From Candidatus Omnitrophota bacterium (GTDB lineage: Bacteria; Omnitrophota; Gorgyraeia; Zapsychrales; JAHFFX01): a stretch of DNA of 64,000 nucleotides. A program made the position numbers and the translations under genes. How positions within the stretch are numbered: position 1 is the first letter of the stretch; each line of letters starts with the position of its first letter. The notes under the pieces were generated by a model. The model did not search any database, was not told where the DNA came from, and saw only the letters and a list, made by a program, of their open reading frames with translations. The stretch is taken from the NCBI GenBank assembly GCA_023247725.1, contig JAHFFW010000011.1:5089-69088 (forward strand), read 5' to 3'. Positions 33,524 to 43,449 of this stretch are shown in pieces.

Positions 33524-33913
33524 ATGGCGACCAAACCGGAAAAATCAAAGAAGAAGGCGTTAAAAGGCGTAACCAGTGGCATCGTCCACATTCAAGCGAC
33601 CTTTAACAACACCATCATCACCGTAGCCGACAAACAGGGAAATACCCTGGTTTGGGCCTCTCCGGGGATCGTCGGTTTTAGCGGATCAAAAAAGTCCACA
33701 CCCTTTGCCGCCCAGGTCGCGGGCTCGGATGCTGCCCGTCGGGCCAAAGACCTGGGGATTTTGACCGTCGATGTTCAAGTCAAGGGTCCCGGGTCAGGGC
33801 GAGAGTCAGCGATCCGAGCCATTCAAGCCGCAGGCTTGACGGTCACCTCGATCAAAGATGTGACTCCCATGCCGCACAATGGATGCCGGCCGCGGAAAAA
33901 GCGTCGGGTTTAA
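33524..33913 (+). CDS. rpsK: 30S ribosomal protein S11
   Basis: ...[18 protein letters not shown]..., the S11 signature. Confidence 0.95.
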   Translation: MATKPEKSKKKALKGVTSGIVHIQATFNNTIITVADKQGNTLVWASPGIVGFSGSKKSTPFAAQVAGSDAARRAKDLGILTVDVQVKGPGSGRESAIRAIQAAGLTVTSIKDVTPMPHNGCRPRKKRRV

Positions 33914-33925
33914 AGAAAGGAAACT

Positions 33926-34552
33926 ATGGGACGAAATTTAGGTTCAAGCTGTCGCCAGTGCCGCCGCGAAGGCGAAAAGCTTTTTTTGAAAGGGACGCGC
34001 TGTTTTACTCATAAATGCGCCGTGGACCGCCGCGAGTACGCTCCGGGACAACATGGGGCTAAAAGACCCAAGTTATCCAACTTTGGTCTGCAGCTGCGGG
34101 AAAAGCAAAAAGTGAAAAGGATTTATGGCCTCCTGGAACGGCAGTTCCGCAATTATTTCAACAACGCGGCCAAAACCAAGGGTGTTACGGGAACCATCCT
34201 ACTTCAGTCGTTGGAGCGGCGCCTCGATAGCGTGCTTTATCAGATGGGATTCGGAACCTCGCGAGCGGAAGCTCGCCAGATGGTTTCGCATGGATTTGTT
34301 CACGTGAACGGCCACCGGGTCAACATTGCTTCTTATCTGGTTCGGCCCAACGATGAGATTGAACTGAAATTTCAGAATACCGGTTTAAAGAATGTCAAAG
34401 AGAACCTGGAAGCCACGCAAGGCCGTACGCTGCCCGCGTGGCTGAGTGTGGATAAGGATCACTTTAAAGGAAAAATTCTCAGACTTCCGCAGCGGGAAGA
34501 TATCGTTTATCCGGTCAATGAGCAATTGATCGTCGAGCTTTATTCCAGATAA
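33926..34552 (+). CDS. rpsD: 30S ribosomal protein S4
   Basis: Zn-ribbon-like N-terminus (CRQCRREGEKLFLKGTRC) plus S4 domain. Confidence 0.95.
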   Translation: MGRNLGSSCRQCRREGEKLFLKGTRCFTHKCAVDRREYAPGQHGAKRPKLSNFGLQLREKQKVKRIYGLLERQFRNYFNNAAKTKGVTGTILLQSLERRLDSVLYQMGFGTSRAEARQMVSHGFVHVNGHRVNIASYLVRPNDEIELKFQNTGLKNVKENLEATQGRTLPAWLSVDKDHFKGKILRLPQREDIVYPVNEQLIVELYSR

Positions 34553-34621
34553 TAATCCCAAAAGTCAAGGCTTGGCCAGAAAGCAACTTACTTTAAGTCA
34601 TCACCAATTAGGGAGGAGAAC

Positions 34622-35614
34622 ATGGGAGTTAAGTGGCGTGATTTCCAAATGCCCAAAAGGCTAGATTGCGACGAGCAGTCCTATACGAGCACCTACGGGA
34701 AATTTATTGCCGAGCCCTTCGAGCGCGGATACGGAGTAACCCTGGGCAATTCCTTGCGCCGGATCCTTTTGTCTTCCATCGAAGGGGCAGCCATCACGGC
34801 CATTCGCATTGATGGGGTGCAACATGAATTTTCTACCGTTCCGGGAGTTTTGGAACAGGTCACCGATGTTGTTTTGAACATCAAGAATCTGATTTTGCGT
34901 TCGCATTCAAAGGCGCCGAAGACCATTTATGTCAAGGCGGAAAAAAAAGGCGAGATCAAGGCCAAGGATATCATTAGCGATGAAACGATCGAGATCATCA
35001 ATCCGGATCTGCACATCGCCACGTTGACCCGCGACACGCAGTTCAATATGGAACTGGAGGTTTCGCGGGGTCGCGGTTACGTTCCGGCGGAATCCAACAA
35101 AAAAGATTCGGCCAGTGTCGGAACAATTCCGATTGATTCCATCTTCACGCCGATTGTCAAAACCAATTTTTTTGTGGAGAACACCCGCGTTGGCCAGCGC
35201 ACGGATTATGACAAGCTGATCGTGGAGATTTGGACCAACGGCAGCATCAATCCCAAAGAAGCGCTTCTTTACGGGGCCAATATCCTGCAGAGGCATTTGG
35301 ATGTTTTTGTCAGTTACGGCCAGTTGCCGGAAGAAGAGGAAGAGGAAGAAGAGATCACCGCCGAGGAGCAGGCGCTTTATGAAAAATTGCGTCTGCCCAT
35401 TTCCGAGCTAGAGTTATCCGTTCGCAGCTCCAATTGTTTGAAAGACGCCAATATCAAAACGATCGCGGATCTCGTGCGCAAACAGGAATCGGAGTTGCTG
35501 AGCTACCGGAATTTTGGCAAAAAATCCCTCTCTGAAATCAACGATCTGTTAAAGGCCATGGGATTGAATTTGGGGATGAAGGTGGATGTAAAGAAGTTAA
35601 AGAAAAAAGAATAA
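34622..35614 (+). CDS. rpoA: DNA-directed RNA polymerase subunit alpha
   Basis: NTD dimerisation motifs and a C-terminal alpha-CTD. An acidic EEEEEEEE linker is present. Confidence 0.95.
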   Translation: MGVKWRDFQMPKRLDCDEQSYTSTYGKFIAEPFERGYGVTLGNSLRRILLSSIEGAAITAIRIDGVQHEFSTVPGVLEQVTDVVLNIKNLILRSHSKAPKTIYVKAEKKGEIKAKDIISDETIEIINPDLHIATLTRDTQFNMELEVSRGRGYVPAESNKKDSASVGTIPIDSIFTPIVKTNFFVENTRVGQRTDYDKLIVEIWTNGSINPKEALLYGANILQRHLDVFVSYGQLPEEEEEEEEITAEEQALYEKLRLPISELELSVRSSNCLKDANIKTIADLVRKQESELLSYRNFGKKSLSEINDLLKAMGLNLGMKVDVKKLKKKE

Positions 35615-35640
35615 AAGAGGCAAGAAACAAAGAGGAACTC

Positions 35641-36273
35641 ATGCGACACGGATTGGCCGGAAATCGATTAGGGAGAAATCAATCTCTACGTAAAGCAACG
35701 GTGAGGGACTTGGCCAAAGCCACCTTGGTTCACCAAAGGATCCTCACCACCAAGGCCAAGGCCAAAGAAGCCAGAAAACTCGTCGACCGTTTGATCACCT
35801 TGGGAAAAAAGGGCACGCTCGCGCATCGCCGAAAGGCATTTTCTATTTTGAGCGATCACGCGCTTGTGAGCGAACTTTTTAAGACAACCAGCAAACGCTT
35901 CCATAGCCGGCTAGGCGGATACACCCGCATCATCCCCTTATCCTTACGCCGAGGGGACAATGCGCAGCTCGCCTTTTTGGAATTGACGGAAAAGACAGAG
36001 GTCATTGTTTCCAAACCAAAATCCGATGCCGTTGCCAAGCCCGTGACCGTGGTCAAAGCCGAGGGCAAAAAACCGGGCAAAACGACCAAGCCCCAAGGTG
36101 AAAAAATTCCCAAGTCCGAAATAACATTGGCAGCGCAACCAAAGGAAAAACTCCATAAGCCTGAACCATCGAAGGCTCTACCAAAACCTCCTCTCAAAGA
36201 AAAACCCAAACCGTCCACGTTTATCAGCGGTTTAAAAAAGATGTTCACCAAAAGACCTCCCGGAGGAAAATAG
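35641..36273 (+). CDS. rplQ: 50S ribosomal protein L17 with a ~90-aa Lys/Pro-rich C-terminal extension
   Basis: The N-terminal ~120 aa is the L17 fold (MRHGLAGNRLGRNQSLRKA...). The tail is histone-H1-like (KPxxK repeats). Confidence 0.9.
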   Translation: MRHGLAGNRLGRNQSLRKATVRDLAKATLVHQRILTTKAKAKEARKLVDRLITLGKKGTLAHRRKAFSILSDHALVSELFKTTSKRFHSRLGGYTRIIPLSLRRGDNAQLAFLELTEKTEVIVSKPKSDAVAKPVTVVKAEGKKPGKTTKPQGEKIPKSEITLAAQPKEKLHKPEPSKALPKPPLKEKPKPSTFISGLKKMFTKRPPGGK

Positions 36274-36291
36274 TTCGCTCATCCTGATCCC

Positions 36292-37476
36292 ATGAAAATC
36301 AACCGGCGCATACAGGGTTTGGTTGGTTCGAGCACCCTGGCCATCACTGCCAGGGCCAAAGAGCTTTTAAGCCAGGGAAAGGATGTTGTCAATTTTGCCG
36401 CCGGGGAGCCGGACTTCGATACGCCTGCCGATATTAAGGAAGCCGGCATCAAGGCCATTCGGGATGGTTTCACCAAATACACGCCTACGATCGGAATCCC
36501 GCAGCTGCGCGAAGCGATTGCCAATAAATTTCAAAAAGATAACGGTCTGTCTTACAAACCGAACGAGATTGCTGTTTCCTGCGGCGCTAAACATTCCATT
36601 TATAACATTATTCAAGTCCTGGCTGATGAAGGTGAAGAAGTCATTATCCCTTCTCCCTATTGGGTGAGTTATCCGGAGATGGTGAAGATTTCCGGCGCTC
36701 AAGTGAAAATCCTGCCTACCAGTGCCGCCGACGATTTTAAGGTGACTCCCGGGGCGCTTAAGGCCGCCATTACTCCCCGAACAAAAATTTTTATTCTGTG
36801 CTCGCCATCCAATCCTGCGGGTTCGGTCTATTCGAAACAGGAGTTGCAAAAAATTGCCGACCTCTGTGTCGCGAATCAAATTTATGTCATTAGCGATGAG
36901 ATCTACGAAAAATTGGTGTATGATCAAATGGTTTACAGTTCGATTGCATCTTTAGGACAACAGATATATACTTTGACCATCACCGTCAATGGAGTCTCCA
37001 AGGCCTATTCGATGACCGGTTGGCGGATTGGGTATTGCGGTGGCCCGGCGACGATCATCGACTATGTGAATAAGTTTCAGGACCATTCCACATCGAACCC
37101 GACGTCCATCAGTCAGATGGCCGCCTTGGCCGCGCTCAAGGCGCCGGAGAGTTTGGTGAAGAAGATGTGTCAGGAATTTGAAGCGAGGCGGGACCTGATG
37201 CTAAAGTGTCTGGACCAAGTTTCCCAATTAACCTACGTTCGTCCGCAGGGCGCGTTTTATGTGTTTTGTGATATTTCTCAATGGGGTCTGGATGCGTCCA
37301 CGGTAGCCCAGCGGATCCTCAATGAAGTCAATGTTGCGGTTATCCCCGGTGAGGGATTTGGCGCGCCGGGTTTTATTCGCTTGAGCTTTACCACATCCCA
37401 AGAAAGAATTCGGGAGGGAGTCCGACGCATCGGGCAGTGGGCCCAACAATGTTCGGTTAAGCCGGTCCTTTCTTGA
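36292..37476 (+). CDS. Class I/II PLP-dependent aminotransferase (aspartate aminotransferase-like)
   Basis: ...VVNFAAGEPDFDTP..., an SKAYSMTGWRIGY lysine motif and NPTS. 394 aa. Confidence 0.7.
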   Translation: MKINRRIQGLVGSSTLAITARAKELLSQGKDVVNFAAGEPDFDTPADIKEAGIKAIRDGFTKYTPTIGIPQLREAIANKFQKDNGLSYKPNEIAVSCGAKHSIYNIIQVLADEGEEVIIPSPYWVSYPEMVKISGAQVKILPTSAADDFKVTPGALKAAITPRTKIFILCSPSNPAGSVYSKQELQKIADLCVANQIYVISDEIYEKLVYDQMVYSSIASLGQQIYTLTITVNGVSKAYSMTGWRIGYCGGPATIIDYVNKFQDHSTSNPTSISQMAALAALKAPESLVKKMCQEFEARRDLMLKCLDQVSQLTYVRPQGAFYVFCDISQWGLDASTVAQRILNEVNVAVIPGEGFGAPGFIRLSFTTSQERIREGVRRIGQWAQQCSVKPVLS

Positions 37477-37527
37477 AAGGAATCGGGGAATAAAGAAGAA
37501 TTTCGAGAAGATGTCGGAGGAGAATTT

Positions 37528-38613
37528 ATGGAATTAAGGGACCTACTGCTTTTGGCGATTCAGGAACGAGCCTCCGACTTGCATTTGACCGAAGGAACGC
37601 CACCGGTTTTGCGTGTGGATGGGCGGCTGGTCGGGACCAAACTGGAACCCATGAACCGCGAGCATATGAAAAAAATTGTTTATGGGATCCTCACCGACGA
37701 ACAAAAAGAAAAATTTGAGAAAGACAAGGAGCTGGATTTTTCCCTGGCGATTTCGGGTTTGGACCGTTTTCGGGTCAATGTGCACATCCAGAGAGGGGCG
37801 GTGGAGGCGGCGTTTCGACGCATTCCGCTGTTTGTTCCTGACATCGCTGACTTAGGCCTTCCGGACATTGTCTGCGACATGGCGCGCAAACCTAGCGGTT
37901 TGGTTTTAGTGACTGGCCCGACGGGAACCGGTAAAACAACGACCCTCGCAGCGATGATCAATCTCATTAATCAAGAACGCTCGGCCTTGATCGTTTGTAT
38001 TGAAGACCCCATTGAATACATCCATACCAACAAAAAATCCCTCATCAAACAAAGGGAGGTCTACAGCGACACTCATTCGTTTGCCGATGCCCTCAAGCGC
38101 TGCTTGCGTCAGGACCCCAATGTCATTGTCGTCGGAGAAATGCGGGACCTGGAAACAATTTCGACGGCGCTAACCGCGGCGGAAACCGGTCACCTGGTTT
38201 TGGCCACCTTGCATACCCCCGATGCCCCCCAGACCGTTGAGCGCATCATTGACGTTTTTCCTCCGCATCAACAACAACAGGTCAAGCTGCAATTGGCCTC
38301 GTGTTTGCAAGGAGTGATTTCTCAGCTGCTTCTTCCCAGGGCCAAAGGAGACGGGAGGGTCGTTGCCATCGAGGTCATGATTGCTACTCCTGGCATCCGA
38401 AATTTGATTCGTGAACAGGCCATTGAACAAATTCCCACGGCCATTCAAACCGGCAGTCAGTATGGCATGCGCACCATGGATCGTTCTTTGCGTGATCTTT
38501 ATATGGAAGGTGTGATTTCCTACGAGACCGCGATCGTGAAGGTCAAGAACGTCGAAGAATTCAAACAGCTTTTGGCCGTTCAGCAGCAACAAAAAACCCC
38601 TTTGCGGAGATAA
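37528..38613 (+). CDS. pilT: Type IV pilus retraction ATPase PilT
   Basis: Walker [11 protein letters not shown], Asp box, Walker B and the PilT-specific AIRNLIRE motif. Confidence 0.85.
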   Translation: MELRDLLLLAIQERASDLHLTEGTPPVLRVDGRLVGTKLEPMNREHMKKIVYGILTDEQKEKFEKDKELDFSLAISGLDRFRVNVHIQRGAVEAAFRRIPLFVPDIADLGLPDIVCDMARKPSGLVLVTGPTGTGKTTTLAAMINLINQERSALIVCIEDPIEYIHTNKKSLIKQREVYSDTHSFADALKRCLRQDPNVIVVGEMRDLETISTALTAAETGHLVLATLHTPDAPQTVERIIDVFPPHQQQQVKLQLASCLQGVISQLLLPRAKGDGRVVAIEVMIATPGIRNLIREQAIEQIPTAIQTGSQYGMRTMDRSLRDLYMEGVISYETAIVKVKNVEEFKQLLAVQQQQKTPLRR

Positions 38614-38621
38614 TATTACCA

Positions 38622-39704
38622 ATGGCTTACCCAGTCACCTTGCTGCCGGGTGATGGCATCGGACCAGAAGTTGCCCAGGCCATGAAAAAATGTGTCGAGG
38701 CAACTGGCGTTGCGATAGCCTGGGATGAACAGCCCGTCGGAGAATTCGCCATTAAGAAGTATGGAACACCCCTGCCGGATCATGTCCTTGATTCCATTCG
38801 CAAAAATAAGGTTGCCATCAAAGGCCCCATTGTCACTCCCGTGGGCAAGGGCTTTCGTTCCGTCAATGTGGCCTTGCGCCAGGCGCTGGATTTATTTGCC
38901 TGTGTGCGTCCCTGCCAGTATATGGAGGGAACCAAATCCATCGCCAAAGGTGTGGACCTCGTGATCTTTCGGGAGAATACGGAAGATTTGTATGCGGGGA
39001 TCGAATTTGATCTGGGCACAAGCGATGCTAAACATCTGATACAGGAAATCAATGCCCTCTCCACCAGAAAAATCCGCGATGATTCCGCCATTTCGATTAA
39101 ACCCATTTCGGTTTTTGCCTCACGGCGGATCATCAAATTCGCTTTTGATTATGCGGTGAAAAACAATCGCCGCAAGGTGACGGCGATCCACAAGGCTAAT
39201 ATCATGAAATTCACCGACGGCCTTTTTTTGAAAACCGCCCGTGAGGTCGCCCAGGAATATCAAGGCAGGGTCGAATTTGAGGATGTGATCGTGGACAATA
39301 TGTGTATGCAGCTGGTGCAGCGGCCGGAGTTTTTTGATGTGCTGGTTCTGCCCAATCTTTATGGGGACATTGTGTCCGATTTATGCGCGGGGCTGATCGG
39401 TGGATTGGGAATTGCCCCCGGGGCGAATATCGGGGACACGATCGCCTTATTTGAACCGGTGCACGGCTCTGCCCCCAAATACGCCGGAAAAAACAAGGTT
39501 AATCCCACCGCCTCGATTCTTTCTGGAGTTTTGATGCTTCGGCACTTAAAAGAGGAAAAGGCTGCCGAACGTTTGGAAATGGCTGTCCGCGATGTGATCA
39601 AGGAAGGAAAATTCGTCACCTATGATCTCAAAGCCGACCGTAATGACCCCACCGCCGTCGGCACGCAGGAAATGGCCGAGGCTATTTGCCGCAGAATTCA
39701 TTGA
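38622..39704 (+). CDS. Isocitrate/isopropylmalate dehydrogenase family protein (likely NAD-dependent isocitrate dehydrogenase)
   Basis: [10 protein letters not shown] and [27 protein letters not shown] signature motifs. 360 aa. Confidence 0.55.
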   Translation: MAYPVTLLPGDGIGPEVAQAMKKCVEATGVAIAWDEQPVGEFAIKKYGTPLPDHVLDSIRKNKVAIKGPIVTPVGKGFRSVNVALRQALDLFACVRPCQYMEGTKSIAKGVDLVIFRENTEDLYAGIEFDLGTSDAKHLIQEINALSTRKIRDDSAISIKPISVFASRRIIKFAFDYAVKNNRRKVTAIHKANIMKFTDGLFLKTAREVAQEYQGRVEFEDVIVDNMCMQLVQRPEFFDVLVLPNLYGDIVSDLCAGLIGGLGIAPGANIGDTIALFEPVHGSAPKYAGKNKVNPTASILSGVLMLRHLKEEKAAERLEMAVRDVIKEGKFVTYDLKADRNDPTAVGTQEMAEAICRRIH

Positions 39705-39786
39705 TCCTCAGCTTTTGCATTTTTGCTTAAAGGTTCTCGCCTTGTTTCTTTTATCCTTTGCCAATTGAATTCTTTTCATACCGACG

Positions 39787-40437
39787 ATGATTGATTCCAA
39801 ATTACGGATCGAGGATTTGGGGTTTGTGGAGTATTCCTCCGCCTGGGAATTTCAAAAAAAAATTGTCCAAGCGGTCGCGGCCGGAGGTCCTGCGACCCTC
39901 ATTTTATGCGAACATCCGGCGGTTCTGACGCTGGGCCGACTCGCCAAACCAGAATACATCCTCGCTTCGGAAAACGAACTTAAAGAAAAAGGAATTCGAA
40001 TCATTCGGATCGATCGCGGTGGAGAGGTGACTTTGCATGCACCGGGTCAGCTCGTTGTTTACCCTATTCTAAGGCTCGCTGGTCACGGACAAGATCTAAG
40101 AATTTATCTGGAACGATTGGAACAAGTTGCCATTGATTTATTAAATGATTTTGGTATAGTGGCTGGGGGTTTTCCCGGACAACGCGGCGTTTGGGTAGGT
40201 TCCAGAAAAATTGTTTCCATTGGGATCGGCGTCAAGAAGTGGGTCTCTTTCCATGGCCTGGCGATCAACGTCAATACGGATTTGGCCTTATTTCAAGTCA
40301 TTCGACCCTGCGGTCTTTTGGTCGAGATGACTTCCATGGCTCAAGAAAAATGCGGAGCAATCGACATGGACGAGGTCAAAACATCTTTCCTGCACAAATT
40401 CCAAAAACATTTTTTCCCAAGTCCAATCCATGAATGA
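39787..40437 (+). CDS. lipB: Octanoyl-[ACP]:protein N-octanoyltransferase LipB
   Basis: RGGEVTLHAPGQLVVYP and ...WVGSRKIVSIGIGVKKWVSFHG motifs of LipB. Confidence 0.8.
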   Translation: MIDSKLRIEDLGFVEYSSAWEFQKKIVQAVAAGGPATLILCEHPAVLTLGRLAKPEYILASENELKEKGIRIIRIDRGGEVTLHAPGQLVVYPILRLAGHGQDLRIYLERLEQVAIDLLNDFGIVAGGFPGQRGVWVGSRKIVSIGIGVKKWVSFHGLAINVNTDLALFQVIRPCGLLVEMTSMAQEKCGAIDMDEVKTSFLHKFQKHFFPSPIHE

Positions 40438-40663
40438 AGTCTTTTTGCCGGAATTAGGAGAGGGGATCAAAAAAGCCACGGTGGCCTGCTGGCATGTGAA
40501 ACCCGGCGAGATGGTTACTCTCGACGAAGATTTGGTGGAAGTCGTGACCGATAAAGCCAGCTTTTGCATTCCTGCGCCCAAAACTGGACGGCTGCAAAAT
40601 ATCCTCATCGCAGCCGGAGAAGAAGCAACAATTGGCGAGGTATTAGGGATCATCGGATCATAA
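40430..40663 (+). CDS. Standalone lipoyl-attachment domain protein (E2-type lipoyl domain, 77 aa)
   Basis: ...LPELGEGIKKATVACWHVKPGEMV...LVEVVTDKASFCIPAP..., a classic E2 lipoyl-lysine motif (TDKA). Overlaps lipB by 8 nt and the next gene by 1 nt. Confidence 0.65.
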   Translation: MNEVFLPELGEGIKKATVACWHVKPGEMVTLDEDLVEVVTDKASFCIPAPKTGRLQNILIAAGEEATIGEVLGIIGS

Positions 40664-41838
40664 TGGTCTACGAGCTCACCCAACCCCGGCGGATTCTTCT
40701 CATGTATATCACCAGGGTCTCTGGCCATCGGACGGCGACCATCGCCATTGAAAAGGCCATCAAGACCTTGGATCCGACCGCCGAGGTCATGAGCATTAAC
40801 GGTTTCGGTTACACCTATCCTATTTTGGAAAAGGTCGTCAATCGAGCCTATATGGGAATCATCAAGCGCACTCCGAAAGTGTGGGACTATCTCTACGATA
40901 ATCCCGATGTCCTCAAACGCACTCAAAAACTTAAAAATTTTCTTCATAAGACCAGCCACGAAAAACTTTCGATCCTTTTTGAACAATTCCAGCCAGACAC
41001 CGTGGTTTGCACGCAAGCCTTTCCCTGTGGCATGGTGGCTGACTACAAATTGGCGCAACGTCAACCTCTGACCATTATGGGGGTTCTCACCGATTATGCG
41101 CCGCATTCCTTTTGGCTTCACGAAGGGGTTGACTATTATATTGTTCCTTCCGAGGATGCCCGCTGGAAGTTTCTCCTCAAAGGCGTCGATGAACAACGGA
41201 TTAAATTATTTGGAATCCCGATCCACGCCAATTTTTCTGTGAGCAAAGATAAAGCGGATATCGCCAAGAAGATCGGGATTGATTTACAATTTCCCACAAT
41301 CCTCATTATGGGAGGCGGGCAGGGACTAGGACCCATCAAAGAAGTGGTTAATGCTCTTGCCGGGGTCAAAACTCCCTTGCAATTAGTGGTTGTGGCCGGA
41401 GTCAATCAGAGATTGATCCGCTGGCTCAAAAGGTTTTCGCTCCCTTCGGATAAACGCATGAAAATTTATGAATATGTCGATAATGTCGATGAATTCATGG
41501 AGGTTGCGACCCTCATTATCACCAAGCCCGGCGGAATGACGACCTCAGAATGCCTCGCCAAAGGGTTACCCATGGTCATCATAAATCCCTTGCCCGGACA
41601 GGAGATGCGCAATACGGATTTTCTTCTACAGAATGGGATTGCGATCCGCATCGATAAAACCAGCGATATGGCGGAAGAGATTGAGCTGCTTTTGCGCAAT
41701 CCCCGCAAACTGGACGATATGCGCCAGGCGGCCTTGGCCCACGGAAGGCCGCATGCCGGACTTGATATTGCGCGTCTGATCTTGAAATCGCCAACCGACC
41801 AACCGATGTCCCCGGATGCGAATCTGGCGGCGTTATAA
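40663..41838 (+). CDS. GT28-family glycosyltransferase, monogalactosyldiacylglycerol synthase/UgtP-like
   Basis: N-terminal RILLMYITRVSGHRTATIAIEKAI (MGDG synthase N-domain) and a C-terminal GT-B domain. Start at the TAATG overlap with the lipoyl-domain gene. Confidence 0.6.
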   Translation: MVYELTQPRRILLMYITRVSGHRTATIAIEKAIKTLDPTAEVMSINGFGYTYPILEKVVNRAYMGIIKRTPKVWDYLYDNPDVLKRTQKLKNFLHKTSHEKLSILFEQFQPDTVVCTQAFPCGMVADYKLAQRQPLTIMGVLTDYAPHSFWLHEGVDYYIVPSEDARWKFLLKGVDEQRIKLFGIPIHANFSVSKDKADIAKKIGIDLQFPTILIMGGGQGLGPIKEVVNALAGVKTPLQLVVVAGVNQRLIRWLKRFSLPSDKRMKIYEYVDNVDEFMEVATLIITKPGGMTTSECLAKGLPMVIINPLPGQEMRNTDFLLQNGIAIRIDKTSDMAEEIELLLRNPRKLDDMRQAALAHGRPHAGLDIARLILKSPTDQPMSPDANLAAL

Positions 41839-42718
41839 GCCGCCACTTCGTGAACGCATGTTTAAGTTTTTCATCTATAAGTTCGGCCAATTTTGTGTCA
41901 ATCGCCTGCCTTTGCCCGTGGCTTATTCGATCGCTTCGTTTCTGTCGGATTTGCATTACTGGTTTTCTTTCCGGGACCGCCGCGCGGTCAAAAATAATTT
42001 GAAAGTGATCATGGGCCCGGAGGCTGATGTGAGTTTTGTCGCGCGGGAAGTCTTCCGGAATTTTGGCAAATACCTCGTCGAATTCTTTTGCATGGCCAAA
42101 AATCTGAACGGAGATTATATTCAGCGCAACGTGGAGATCAAAAACCTGGACCGTTTAGAAAATGTGCTCAAAAAAGGCAAGGGCGGCATCATCCTCACGG
42201 CCCACATTGGCAATTGGGAAATGGGTGGAATGGTTTTAAGCAAATTAGGCTATTGCCTCATGGGCATCGCGCTGCCGCATAAAGAGCGGCCGGTCAATGA
42301 TCTTTTTAATCAGCAGCGTCAGTCGCAGGGAATTACCGTTGTTCAAACCAACATTGCCGTGCGCCGTTGTCTGGAGATGCTCAAAGACAATGGATTGATT
42401 GCGCTTTTGGCTGACCGGGATTTTAGTTTGAATGGCGAGGTCATGAACTTCCTTAACCGCAAGGCCCTGATCCCCAAGGGGGCTGCGGTTTTTTCCGTTA
42501 AGACCCTGGCGCCGATTCTGCCAACCTTTTTCATTCGGCAAGCCAATGACCGCTTTGTCCTGATTTTTGAGGAACCGATTCAGCCGCCCGAAGGCACCCA
42601 TGCCGATGAAGAAGATCGCTACTTGCAATTGATGCGCCGGTATACGGATGTTATGGAAGAAAAGATCAAGGCCTATCCCAGCCAGTGGCTCATGTTTCGG
42701 GAGTTTTGGATCAAATGA
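41816..42718 (+). CDS. Lysophospholipid/lipid A acyltransferase (LpxL/HtrB-like)
   Basis: The LpxL family N-terminal TM segment and ...ILTAHIGNWEMGG... acyltransferase motif. The start could instead be Met 41855. Confidence 0.65.
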   Translation: MRIWRRYKPPLRERMFKFFIYKFGQFCVNRLPLPVAYSIASFLSDLHYWFSFRDRRAVKNNLKVIMGPEADVSFVAREVFRNFGKYLVEFFCMAKNLNGDYIQRNVEIKNLDRLENVLKKGKGGIILTAHIGNWEMGGMVLSKLGYCLMGIALPHKERPVNDLFNQQRQSQGITVVQTNIAVRRCLEMLKDNGLIALLADRDFSLNGEVMNFLNRKALIPKGAAVFSVKTLAPILPTFFIRQANDRFVLIFEEPIQPPEGTHADEEDRYLQLMRRYTDVMEEKIKAYPSQWLMFREFWIK

Positions 42719-43389
42719 ACAATTGCATCTTAATCCCCGTGCACAATGAAGCGGCCATGATTGGAAATCTTGTGGCCCAGCTCAAGGCCCAGAATTTGCC
42801 GGTAGTGGTCGTCGATGACGGATCGTTGGATGAGTCCGGCCTCATCGCACAAAAAAATGGAGCTTACGTGATCCGTCACGAAAGCAAAAAAGGGAAGGGT
42901 CAGGCCTTGCAAACTGGGTTTGCTTATCTTCGGCAACAGAATTTTGACAATGTGGTCATCATGGACGGCGATGGTCAGCACGCTGTGGAAGACCTGCCGA
43001 AATTTTTTGCCAGCGCCCAACAGTTTCCCAACAGCATAATCGCCGGAAGCCGGATGAATAACCCCAAAGGAATGCCATGGGTGCGCTATTGGACCAATCG
43101 ATTCACCTCAGCCCTCATTTCCAGGGTGTGCCAACAGTCCATCCCAGACACTCAATGTGGATTTCGTTTGATTAGCCTCGCGATCCTTCGGCAGATTCAA
43201 CTCACGTCGTCGGATTACGAAATTGAAAGCGAAATCCTCATTAAGGCGGCAAAAAAGGGTTTTAGGATTTATTCTATCCCGATCAAAACCATCTACCGCA
43301 ATGAAGCGAGCAAAATCAATCCGCTATTAGACACCTACCGTTTCTTTGCCTATTTGATCCGCGAGTTATGGACGTCCAAAATCCGGTAG
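42715..43389 (+). CDS. Family 2 glycosyltransferase (polyprenol-phosphate sugar transferase-like)
   Basis: ...ILIPVHNEAAMIG...VVVVDDGSLDES...MDGDGQH..., GT-A DxD motifs. Confidence 0.75.
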   Translation: MNNCILIPVHNEAAMIGNLVAQLKAQNLPVVVVDDGSLDESGLIAQKNGAYVIRHESKKGKGQALQTGFAYLRQQNFDNVVIMDGDGQHAVEDLPKFFASAQQFPNSIIAGSRMNNPKGMPWVRYWTNRFTSALISRVCQQSIPDTQCGFRLISLAILRQIQLTSSDYEIESEILIKAAKKGFRIYSIPIKTIYRNEASKINPLLDTYRFFAYLIRELWTSKIR

Positions 43390-43449
43390 ACAAATCTGCC
43401 GTTGTGTTTTTGCCCGGGGTGTGGGAAAATTTGGCTTAAGAATAAAGGA

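Noticed and set aside
40288-41196. 302-aa minus-strand ORF antisense to the lipB/lipoyl/GT28 genes
   Set aside because: It overlaps three well-supported + strand genes, is low-complexity and has no RBS. It is a shadow ORF.
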